Shown: in pieces, positions 38,401-49,513 of the stretch
Numbering within the stretch: the first letter of the stretch is position 1
Layout: each line of letters begins with the position of its first letter
DNA from: Podarcis melisellensis
Taxonomy: Eukaryota
NCBI GenBank assembly: GCA_964234715.1
Contig: OZ174279.1
Reading direction: 5' to 3' (one strand)
DNA length: 64,000 nt
Position numbers and translations under genes: made by a program
Notes under the pieces: model-generated
Database searches by the model: none
Told to the model about the DNA's origin: nothing
What the model saw: the letters and a program-made list of their open reading frames with translations, nothing else

Positions 38401-40190
38401 GTGAAGGGCCACTCATGTAATGGTTCTAATGTGTGTTCCTTAATAAATACCTTAAATGAAACTAGATTCAGATACATTCACTACTTCTTCATTTGCTGAG
38501 ATAACACGATGCTTGTTAATGTGTTGAGTGCTCCAAGGAACATTAGGCTGAATTGAAAAGAAGTTGGGGGAGGGATTTTTTTTAAAAGTCGAAACCATGG
38601 AAACTTGGACAAAGCTTCTCTTGGTCAGGAGTAGTGTTTATGCACAATTCCCTTCCCTTGTCATTTGTGAAGTTATATATTACCTTTTACCTTGCTTTCT
38701 TGCTTCCCCAAGGCCTCACCTAAATGTTCAGCACACTATGAAAGACTAAGTGTTGCAGTAAATTACACAATAGTTCAGAAAGTATGCAAATTTAATTTAA
38801 TAAATAATTACTCGAGTGAGGAATTGGGATTTTGGTGGAATTGAGCTGAACACTGTTAATGGATCTCAGATGAATATTGTGGGTGGTCCAGTCACAGTCT
38901 AGAAATCTAGAAACAGTTACAAAATGTGCTGAGTGTTTTGTTTTTATTTAACATCTAATTATTTAGTTACATACTTTGTCTTTGCTGCTTCTAGGAATTA
39001 ATTCCAGCAGAGACTTCAGCTGCATCAGCAAATTCTTAAGACTGATACAATTTTTCAGCTTTTTCTGTATTAATTAGAACACTCTTGTAAAATTTGTCAA
39101 TTATCTGTTGTTTTATGTACAGATGCAGTCACTTCTTTCCAGTTAAAGTGATAAGTCTTTCAATTACAGGAAGAAATTATATTAGCAGCTAATAGTTTCC
39201 AGAGACATGCTTTTGGATAATGGATTGGCATGTTAAGTGTAGGACCATTTTTGTGACATACAGTGCTTAATTAACTTTATTTGTTTTGGAAGAATGCATA
39301 GGAAATAGCTGTTTAAATTAAACATTGGGCTGATCTGTCCCATCTAGCTGTATTCTGAAAGGTAAACACTGCAGGTCTAGCAGTTCATTATATTTTGCTT
39401 TGAAAGGGCTTTGGTTAGGATGGTCTTCCCCAACCTGGTGTGTGCCGGATGTGTTTTGGACTATAACTTCCATCAGCTTTCTATTACAGGGAAAATATAG
39501 GTTGCCACTTTCAAAAGAAACTAAGGCAAATGCATCTTTGGCCTATCTTCTCAGCTGTTTCTGAAATAACCTCATGACAGATATTACTGCGAGTTCGTAT
39601 GACCCCCTTTGTGTGCTCAAATTAGGAGGGGGAAAAGCAAAATAGGGGCACTAATTGCACAACCTTCCTTGTTTCCAAGGTAGCTATTAAAATCTTAACA
39701 CTTTTCGATTTCCCATATATGCAGTTCCACAGTCCCCAGAGCTACAATTATTTCCTTGCCGTGGGGCGTTTATTTTTTCTTGTTACTAAACCTATAAGAG
39801 AGGTCATGGAGTGAAGGCCTATTCAGTGATAACATGGTGAAAGATAGATCTAATCTTCAACAATACATACCTGTGTGAAAATGGTTACAAGTTCCTTCTT
39901 AAAGCGAGAATCTGACGGGTTTCCTCCTCATAAGGAACATCATTTTCAAATGTTGCAACAAACAGGCTATCTTTACATGTGCACAAGAAATGTGACTCAT
40001 GAAAGAGCATTTAGACTATAGCCCCACCCTGAAGTGCCCTTGATGGGTGCATAGCATGGTTAAAACCTGTGACCTTTTATATAGAAGTGTTCCTGATATG
40101 CAGAATGTAATAATCTGAATTTTTTTAGTGTCAGTTACCCAAATCAGGCATATTCATAGCACACATGCCCCAAACACCATCTTTTGATAT

Positions 40191-40664
40191 TGTTGACATC
40201 CATCTGTCTCGATAGACAATGGAAGAATGTGCCATTAAGGGTAAGTCAAATTGTTGGAGAGTTACAGCACCTGCTGTAGCTGTAGAGACCAATATGAAAG
40301 AGACATGTTTTGATGCAGCTGGGGCAGATGAAGGTGTCCGCTTCTGCTGATGCATGTGTACTATGGTGTTTCTTCTCTCTATGGTCCTCCTAGCGGTCAT
40401 TTCTCCTCTTGTCACTGCTGACTGTCTCCAGACATTGCAGTTTTAATGTTGCCAGCCTTCATATCATGTTTGCAGACATCTTTATAACATGATCTGCCAG
40501 CAGGCCTGGAGCCTGGAGCCAGCTCCTTGGGGATCCTGCCATCTTCCATTCTGTGTCCAAGACCAAGCCAGTGTAGATGTCACTGAGACAGAAGCGTGAA
40601 CATGCTGAGAATGTTGGCTTAGAAGAGCACATCTTTGTTTGAGACTCTGTCCTGCCATGTGATG
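40191..40664 (-). mobile_element. RTE-clade LINE 3' end
   Basis: Minus strand encodes ITWQDRVSNKDVL, SMFTLLSQ*HLHWLG, RMEDGRIPKE and YKDVCKHDMKAGNI, typical of the RTE ORF C-terminus; short CAA-type end. Confidence 0.85.
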
Positions 40665-41028
40665 TTTATATTAGGAAAGCCAATACTGATTTATCAGGAA
40701 ATGTATTCTAACACTATAAAATATAAAGTCTCTCAGTAATTCAGTAGGATTTTATTCCATCAGAAACAGCCTTTTTGCACCTCTGTGTTCCCTTGATAGT
40801 TCAAGAAGATCATTCAATTATCATACTGGTGATGTGTTTTGGATGCTGTCTCTGCCTTCCATATTAATAGGATACCAATGTGGCTGGGATAGATGTTTGT
40901 TTGTTTTGTAACTCACTGTGCAAGAGGTCTAGTACCTGCCTCAGATCAGCATCTCTGACTGTAGTTCCAGAAACAACAACATGGCTGAGTTGCAATAGTT
41001 ACCTGATCTTCTTATTTGCAAAACTGTA

Positions 41029-42304
41029 CAGTGGTGCCTCGCAAGACGAAATTAATTCGTTCCGCAAGTCTCTTCGTCTTGCGAGTTTTTCGTCTTGCGA
41101 TGCACGGTTTTCCATAGGAATGTATTGAAAATCAATTAATGCGTTCCTATGGAAAACGCCTTCCCCCGACCTCTTCTGGCGGGCGGCATTTTAAAATCGC
41201 CCGGGACAGCGGAGGACTTCTCCGCTGTCCGGGGCGATTTAAAAGCCCCTGGGAAGGCAGGCAGGGGGGACAAAGGCTTTCTCGCCCCGCCGCTCGGCTT
41301 CGGGACATCGTTCCGATGCCGGGCGGCTGGGGGAGGCGTTCCTGCCCCACCGCCCGGCATCGGGACGATGCCCCGAAGCCGGGCGGCTGGGGGAGGCGTT
41401 CCTGCCCCACCGCCCGGCATCGGGACGATGCCCCGAAGCCGGGCGGCTGGGGGAGGCGTTCCTGCCCCACCGCCCGGCATCGGGACGATGCCCCGAAGCC
41501 GGGCGGCTGGGGGAGGCGTTCCTGCCCCACCGCCCGGCATCGGGACGATGCCCCGAAGCCGGGCGGCTGGGGGAGGCGTTCCTGCCCCACCGCCCGGCAT
41601 CGGGACGATGCCCCGATGCCGGGCGGCGGGGGGAGGCGTTCCTGCCCCACCGCCCGGCATCGGGACGATGCCCCGAAGCCGGGCGGCTGGGGGAGGCGTT
41701 CCTGCCCCACTTCCCGGCATCGGGACGATGCCCCGAAGCCGGGCGGCGGGGGGAGGCTTTCCCGCCCGGCCGGCCGGCTTCGGGACATCGTTCCGATGCC
41801 GGGCGGCTGGGGGAGGCGTTCCTGCCCCACCGCCCGGCATCGGGACGATGCCCCGAAGCCGGGCGGCGGGGGGAGGCTTCAAAAGCCGTCCGGGGGCTTT
41901 TAAATCGCCCCGGACAGTCCCGGGGCGATTTAAAAGCCCCCGGTTAGGCAGGCAGGGGGGGCAAAAGTCTTTGCCCCCCCTGCCTGCCTTCAAAAGCCGT
42001 CCGGGATAGCGGGAAGCGCTTCCCTGCTATCCCGGACCGCTTTTAAAATGCTGGCGGTGGGGAGCAAAGCCTTTCGCCCCCGCCGGCCTTCCTGGACCTC
42101 TTCTGAAGTCCGGAGGGGGGGAGAAGGCTTTGCTCCCCACCGCCAGCATTTAAAAAAAGGTCCCCGAGATTTCCCTATGGGCTTTCGTCTTGCGATGCAA
42201 GCCCATAGGGAAAATCGTCTAGCGAAGCGTCGCAAAAACCGAAAAACCCTTTCGTCTTGCGGGTTTTTCGTCTTGCGAGGCATTCGTCTAGCGGGGCACC
42301 ACTG
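41029..42304. mobile_element. 1276-bp non-autonomous Tc1/mariner (pogo/Tigger-like) transposon
   Basis: TA at 41027-41028 and 42305-42306; 22-bp terminal inverted repeats cagtggtgcctcgcaagacgaa / ttcgtctagcggggcaccactg (20/22); repeated subterminal TCGTCTWGCG; no transposase motif seen. Confidence 0.93.
41281..41880. repeat. GC-rich 60-bp minisatellite, about 10 units, inside the transposon
   Basis: Unit cctgccccaccgcccggcatcgggacgatgccccgaagccgggcggctgggggaggcgtt is identical in rows 41341, 41401, 41461, 41521 and 41641, with variants elsewhere. Confidence 0.97.
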
Positions 42305-43299
42305 TATTTGACCATACAAGCACAAGAGCTTAAATTCTCACAAGTTGCTTAATAAGATCCATGTTTCTTCTATACATGGACAAAAATCTGTCTTTTGGAA
42401 TGATTGAGAAACATTTCATTTTTGCAGAGAACATCATGGCCTCTTGGTTCATGAGAACAGCATGTCTAAATCTTTGACAGTAGTGAGGATTTCCACCAAG
42501 TGGACAAAACCAGCCTGTTCCTAAAAATTCTTGGACTGACACCCTTCATTTGCTCCATAGCAACTGTAATGTAATGCTCACTTAGACAGCCTCCTGTATT
42601 GCAGATTGTCACTTGCAACTCAAGTGTTGTTCCTACTTACTGAGGTGCAGAGAAATTGGTAATGTGCAAGACTGTTGCCACAAGTTGCGGCTTGTTCAGG
42701 GATTGACCTCACTGTACCACCCACATCTTGCATCCCTAAGATACGGCAGGCAGTAGCAGGGTGGTAGCTGCTACTTGGGGGGGGGGGGCAAGCTGCAGAG
42801 AAATCTGGAGCAGGGTTTATCTGAATGAAGAACAAAGCAGATTTATCAAAGGAGCCAGCTCTGTTCCTGCTGTGAGTTGCCTCAGCCTAGATCTTCAAAT
42901 TACATAAATTCTAAACTGCATTTGTCACTTGTGGAAAGAGAAGACGGTTTAGGCAAAACCACTGCAAATGCCAGGGTATAAATACTGGTCCTCGACAGAG
43001 TGTAAGAATGGGGAACTGAGATTTGTGGAAGAGCTGCTCCCTGCCGTGTTCTTGGCTTAAAAACCATTGCAGCTATTCCCCTGCCTGCTGGACCTCTCTT
43101 TTTGCAAAGCTCCTAACAGGTATTTTTGTGTGCCATCTCTGCCCACAAATTGACGCTTACACATCTTCAGAAAGTGAGGTGATCTGTTTAAAAGCTGTGC
43201 CAATCCAACAGGGACAATTAAGCTTTGTCTCTTTCTGAGGTTTTTTTCCTGAGAGGCTTGGAATACACGCCTCTGTTTGCTGCTGGAGTTGTTGTTATT

Positions 43300-43700
43300 A
43301 CTTATATTTGTTAGCTGATTTACACAAAAGAAAGTCTCAAAGCAACTTAACAAGATAACAGACCAGATAAAACAATTTAAACCAGAAAATTTAAAACAAT
43401 GAAATCCAAAATACTTAAAGCATTTGTCCACCCCACTAAAGGTGACCATCACCATGGGAGCCAACGATTAGCAACGGTCTGAGTAATAATGATGGCACCA
43501 GGTGCATTTCCCTGGGGAGAACATTTCACAGATGGCTGGGGAGGTCACTACTGAGAATGCCCTTAAACAACAGAACTTCATGTGCAGCAGTAGGAGGCTG
43601 ATGTGACTTATGTGTTGCACAACAGCAAGAAAGCCCAGCCAGAAATGATGTCAGAGACTTCAGGTCAATGCCCAGGAACAGACAATCATTTAAATATGAA
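43300..43700 (-). mobile_element. Highly decayed LINE (L2-like) 3' remnant
   Basis: Tail-like start, A-rich 3' UTR complement, then ccctggggagaacatttcacagatg resembling the reverse of the WNxLP region. Confidence 0.35.
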
Positions 43701-44644
43701 AGGAAAGTAATTGATACTAAACTTAATATGCCTTTTTTAATTTTAAAAAACCCAGTGTTGAGAACTTGTGTGTGCAAACTCTTGCATTCTCACTGCCTCC
43801 TCAGGCATTTAAAAATAAGATCATGGTAGCTTTTTCAATGTGTCATAGTAAGAAGCATGGTAAGAAACAGGTGAGAACCTTGTACACACTGCCTTGAAGC
43901 ACACATTCAGAAGACAGCTCTGTTCAGAGCCTCCTTCCCTTTCAAGTACACTTCACCTTCTTTCTGTGGTTAATTGCAGATGACTTGAATCTGTACAGTT
44001 GGCAAGAGGACAGGGTTCTGATTCATGGAGCTGTGGTGATAGCTTTCTATTTAACTGTCTGGCAGAGGGTGTATTATTCGATTATGCTCAGTCCCTAGTG
44101 GCTAGTTGCATTTGGGAGTGAATTATTCTTCCTCCTGGGTCTGATCTCTGTGCTTGAGGTCTACGCTTTCAAACACTTATTATTCCCATCGCAACCTCGG
44201 CACATATGCAAGAAAATGGCCAATTGAATCTGTAGATAGCTGTTACTGCTGGTGATTTTTTCCTCACTGCCAGTAAACCTGACAAACAGAATCAAGGAAG
44301 GAGGCTGTTTTCAGAGGAGGCAGCCTGTTCTAGCAACAGCAGGATTGCTGACAAAACTATTCAGAAGTGACCTTGCAGCACATCAACATTTATTCTTCCA
44401 CTGCACCGCCCCATTCTCTGTTGTGTAGTGCATAGATTGCACCTGTGGAGAGCATCTTCGAGGTGCTAGGCAGCACATTTTTATAGATCTGCTTGGCAGA
44501 GCTCCTCCAAGTTTGGCAGATTCCTCTTCCATCCTCATTTCCCATTAAGGCAGTAGGATTCCTGTACGCTCACTGCTGAATGCTGTAGATTGAACAATTT
44601 TCAACAAGCTGATTCTTCTTTCTCATTGTGTATTTCTGGTGCAG

Positions 44645-44761
44645 GTTTTGGAAGTGGTGCGCTCCAACTACGACACCCTCACCCTAAAGTTGCAGGATGG
44701 GCTGGACCAATATGAACGTTACTCGGAGCAACACAAAGAAGCTGCTTTCTTTAAAGAACTG
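44645..44761 (+). CDS. ARMH3: ARMH3 penultimate coding exon (117 nt, phase 0-0)
   Basis: Acceptor tttctggtgcAG, donor CTG|GTGAGT; translates [39 protein letters not shown], in frame with both flanking exons. Confidence 0.96.
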
Positions 44762-46713
44762 GTGAGTTTCAGCTCGTGAGTAGGAGTCTCAAAGTCTTGG
44801 CCCATGGTCTACTTTGCAGAGCAGCCACAGCACAGCCAGAACGTCCCTTTTATTATCCAGAAATATGACAGGCACAGGTGACAAACTAGTGTACTTTTCA
44901 TTAGGTCACTTTGAACAGGATGCTGGCGAGACATGATTAGGGAAAGAAGGTTTTACCTCCATCTCAGGGTTTATTGCACTCTCTTTCTGCATGTTCCTAA
45001 AGGAGAGAGCCAGAGAAATCTCGTGCTGATTGAACCTGCCAGCAGCTCATCAGATGAGCATGTTCCAATAGTTCCATTGACAGAACATGAATAAGGGTGG
45101 TTTTTCATTTGAATTTCCCAAGAGGGAAATTGCCAAACACAGAAGCTTGAAACAGCCATGTTCAGAAACAGCCATGGTTGTCCTGATCTGTGCATTCATA
45201 CAAGCAGGTGGCATATTCCCCTTCCTTTCTACTATGTTCTCTGCTACTTTTTGTGCATCAGCTGTGTGTGCTGCCTAAGTTCTCTCCCCCCCCCCTTCTT
45301 TCAGGAATTGTTGCTGCTCAGTATGCCCTGCTGTTCACTAACTTTACATTTCCCTTGATTAAAATGCAGATTTGCTTTTTCCAATTTTCTGAGATTATAC
45401 TTTTTCCAGAGTCCCTCCTCCTAAATGCTAGTAGTTTAGATTCAGTTTCACCGAGTATAGCTAACACAATTGCCAGCGGTCTTCCTTCCTCCAGTTTTTC
45501 TATCAGAAATGTTCAAATGGACTCTCTTCCCAGTTGAATGAAGACAAGGAAGCTTTCGTCATTATTCTTCATCTGATGATTGAACAAATGCAACCAGTTT
45601 AATCCCTATTTCTCTAGAGACTTCTTGAGCCTCTTACAAGCCAATCTCTGAGAACTACAATAAATGTTTTGTGTATTTCCTGAGTTTGCTATCAAAGCAG
45701 AAGGGAAGAATCCAATTGACCTGATTTGGTTGTATGTTGACAAAATCCCATTATTTACCAGTTAAGATCTGCTGCCCTATTTAATAGTAAGGGGGTACAT
45801 ACTCTGAACCAAACATGTTCAACATTAAATTATGGAAATGTCCCAGATCTGCACTCTTTATTTTGATTGCTGTGTTCTGAATTTTTATGCAGAATTATGT
45901 ACATTTATCTATGACTACAATAGAAGGTGATCTAAATGGAAACACAAAAGGTTCAACTAGTTCAGCATTCTGTTTCTTACAGTGTCCCTGAAGGCAGCTG
46001 TCATGACTTAACAGACCCATCACCCATGGCTTTTCCCAGTCATCTTTTAAAACCATTGAAACCAGTGGTCCTTGCCACATATCATTACAGTGAATTCCAT
46101 TTAAAAACATAGAGAAAGGAGGAGAGTACAAGCTCTTAAATTTCTTCTCCTGGCTTGTGCAGGATGCAGAAGAAACCTTATTGGACTTCAAAACAGTAAA
46201 CATCTATCCAGGACTCAGGGCTTGCACCACTTGTGGCTCAGTTGTATACTGAGAGCTGCATGCCTGGGAGCTGTTCACAGTCCTACCAACTTTGCATCTA
46301 GCCAATTTCCCGCTCTGTCTTGCCACTGCTATTGGACCTCCACTAGCTCTAATCCTGACCTCACCACACATCCTTCCTCCAATTTACCTCTGGGTTGAAT
46401 GCACCCAATTCCCGAGAGCTCTGTCTTGGCCCACAAGCTCTGAAACACCCGAGACACAAAGATAGACTGAGGAAGGAAATTTTTCAGCTATCTCTGCACC
46501 TGGGTAGATTGCAAGCAGCATGAGAGAGATTCATAAGCTGTTTTGATCTGACTGAACATCCTTGTGGTAGTTGGAAGTCTTAGTGTGTTGGTAGGCTTTC
46601 TTCCCTGAGCCAATCACGTTTCAACAAAAGCTCACCTATCAGGGGTCTCCTTCAGTGCCAGAGATGCTGGTCTGTGTAAGTGGTATATGAAATGACTGTT
46701 CTCTCTCACACAG

Positions 46714-46806
46714 GTTCGATCCATCAGCATCAATGTCCGGCGAAATCTGGCCTTCAACACTCTCAGCCAGGAGACCTTGCTTAAAGAATTCTCAACCATC
46801 TCCTGA
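46714..46806 (+). CDS. ARMH3: ARMH3 last coding exon to the stop codon
   Basis: Acceptor ttctctctcacacAG; translates [33 protein letters not shown] at 46804-46806. The terminal LLKEFSTIS matches the recalled vertebrate ARMH3 C-terminus. Confidence 0.96.
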   Translation, partial: VRSISINVRRNLAFNTLSQETLLKEFSTIS

Positions 46807-47549
46807 AGCGGAGTTACCATCCTGCTTCCTGGCATCACTGAGTCCCTTTCCCCAGCATTGGCTGTAACTCCTGATTGTGGGGTGGTCTATCCCTAGTGCT
46901 TGTGTGGTTTCCCCCAGGAATCATCAAGGGAAGAACTGGACTTGTCCCACATTCCTGAGCACAGAGAACTGGTGATGTTGACTACACTGTGGAGTTGGGA
47001 GTGAGGAAGAGGAATATGTAGTTACCGCTTTTTCTCGCTTTTCTCTGTGCAGCAACTATTGTGCAGGGATAAGAGTTTTTCCCCAAGTGAGCAAAATTAG
47101 AGCAAAACAGTGTTGTTGGGAGAGCTCATCCTTCTGATTCTCTGCAACCTGTCTGATGATGGACAGATGCCGAGGAAGAGAAAGTAGTGCAGGCCATGGG
47201 AACTAAGTCCTTTATAATAAGGGGCAGATTGACTGAACTTCTGTCTATAAGTTATCTGCTTGACTTGGGTGCTTTGCATCTGTTGCCCATGTGTATTGCC
47301 AGTCCCATCTCAAACTGGTGTGGAGTCTCTGTCCTTCACTCTGAGTTAGGGCCTCCTGACTGAATGGTGCTTCCAAGAGATTCTCTTCAAGAGGTTTCAC
47401 AGTGTCCTGCCTAAAACACTTGGTCTCTGGAGTTCCTAGAGTTACCTCTATGAGCTCACCTCTGCTATTCCTACTGCCCTGTTCTAAGACTCTGGGGATT
47501 AAGGATATGAATATATGCCATTGATTCCCCACCCCCACCCCATAGGACC

Positions 47550-47555
47550 AATAAA
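47550..47555 (+). terminator. Candidate proximal polyadenylation signal
   Basis: AATAAA about 745 nt after the stop, followed by T/GT-rich sequence (cttttattgc...gttgttgt). Confidence 0.55.
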
Positions 47556-47852
47556 AGAGAGTGCCCTCTGCTTTTATTGCTAATACAGTTGTTGTATCAG
47601 AGGGAAGCCATTTCCCCCTGATTCCAGTAGGTTAACTAAGCTCCTACATTAGGTTCTTCAGCATCTCTCCACTGGCCTGAAACTCCTGGATCCCCAAGGT
47701 GCTGATATGGTGACCAAGTGCTCCTATCCACATTTTCAGTGTCTAGTTCATTCAACACGTACACTGCCTATGCCAAATTTCACATTGACTGAAGCAGGAA
47801 CTGCTTAGCTCACCTTCCCTTCCTCTGTCAAAGTCTACCTTCTCTGTGCTCC

Positions 47853-47858
47853 AATAAA
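47853..47858 (+). terminator. Candidate distal polyadenylation signal
   Basis: Second AATAAA about 1050 nt after the stop. Confidence 0.5.
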
Positions 47859-49347
47859 GTGCTTCATTGCATAGGTAGAAGTAGGGAATTAATTAGTTGG
47901 GAGTATCTCGCAGCATTTTAGGGGAAAAGAAGCCTGGGATGGGGCAAATCAGTGTTCTACATCTCTGGCATTCTGTTCTATACTCTTGTCCACCAAGGGC
48001 TGCAACGGCAGATTACAGGACATGTTTGTTCAGTCAGCTGTCCCATAGATTTTTGTTATCCTTTTTCTAGAAATATAGGACTGTGCTCTGCTGGGAAGCC
48101 AGGAATTGGTCATACCTTTTGGTACTGTACTCAGACTGGAAATCTCAATCAGATGAGCTCTAAAATTTAGAGTCTGAATTCTTAATTAAAACGTTGGGAG
48201 TATTTGGCACAGTATCTGTTGCAGGGGGTTGTCTCCTACCTGCATATTATCTTCCAGGCTGCAGAACCATGTCCAATGGATGCCAACAGGATTCGGCAAG
48301 CAGGTATACAGGCACCCTTACTGGGCTCTTTCCTGGTGTATGTTGGTTATTATTCAGAACAGACTGCCATCTTGTGTGATTCCTCTGTTCTTTATGGACT
48401 CCAATGAGAACCTCCCTTCCCCAGTACGTGGATGGATCTCAGCCATGCTTAGCAGTGGACTTTGAGGCCAGAATTTCAAGGAATAATTCTTTTCCCCCCC
48501 CTCTAGAAGAAACACTATGAACACCTTGCTGCTGAAATAGCACCTGTAAGATGATGTATATAGAATTTGGCAGTAAGGGGCCAGGGAGGGGTGTGGCACC
48601 TCTGATCACTCTATTGTGTGCAGTGTATCTTTTTGTGCTCTTTTGGGGGAGAGGTAATAAATTATTACTACTCTTAACATTTTCTTGGTGCTGATGCTGT
48701 GCTTGCTGCTGTACCAAATACACAAACGACATAGTCCTTGCTTCAGAGCACTTGCCGTCTTCAGTGAAGTATTTAGGATGGGTTGTGCGAGGTGGAGAAG
48801 TTGCGTTTGAAAATCTGAAAATTGCAAGCTTGATTCTTTGAGTCCTTTTCAGTTTGTTACCTGCAAGCATTTTCTTTGTCAAACTAGTTACCAACATAGA
48901 GCACATTTGACTTCTGCGGCACTCACCGGGTCCCCTCCCCAGCCGAAATTGGGTTTGAGAGATGTATTACTTTGCAGCCAATAGAAGAGGTTGAGACTGA
49001 GTGGGTGGGTGGCAACCCCTGCTCAGGAGCCTTTTACTTCATTTGTTCACGTGCCTTCTCTTGCTTGGTAGGCAGGGTCATCCTCAGAATTAACCAGGAA
49101 GAGAAGCTCTGTGGTCCTATACTTTGGGCTGGGAGTGGGGTCTTCACATAGGTCATGAGAGTTCTTTTCAGCAAGGTGTGTGTTTCTGCGCTTCCCCCTT
49201 TCCAATCTGCATTCTGTAGTTAGTTCTCAGTTTGTTATAGGAGTACCCTTTGTTTTAGGATGTACTTCCTAGTTTACAGTGATTGGTATTATTATGAATT
49301 GATGCCTTTGGGTTTATCTGACTCAGTTGGAAGCATCTTGGATTGTC

Positions 49348-49513
49348 GTTTGTATCCAACACTGTCATTTCTCTTGCACAACAGACTTTGGCTTGCACGG
49401 TTGAACTCCCCCCTGCATCTCCCTGAAGCAGATTTGGGGAGGGTGGGGAGAGCAGAGGCAGAAGAAGTCTCATTGTGCAAGTGGAATGTCCCTCACTCAG
49501 CTTTGGATACAAC
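49348..49513. mobile_element. Palindromic MITE-like repeat, GGGTGGTATTCAAC-ended family
   Basis: gtttgtatccaac ... ttggatacaac inverted ends; internal gcttgcac, gcagatttg and gtctcattgtgcaagtggaa shared with 14146-14351. Confidence 0.6.

Larger units (their letters stand above)
46807..47880 (+). other. ARMH3: ARMH3 3' UTR (end approximate)
   Basis: Follows the stop codon; AATAAA at 47550-47555 and 47853-47858. Confidence 0.6.

Noticed and set aside
41281-41880. CRISPR-like repeat and spacer appearance
   Set aside because: Spacers are not unique, the context is a vertebrate intron, and no cas genes are present; it is a minisatellite.
41136-42009. Four long overlapping ORFs (227-286 aa) on both strands
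   Set aside because: Produced by a stop-free GC-rich 60-bp repeat whose length is a multiple of 3; repetitive Pro/Gly/Ala/Arg peptides with no transposase or other domain.
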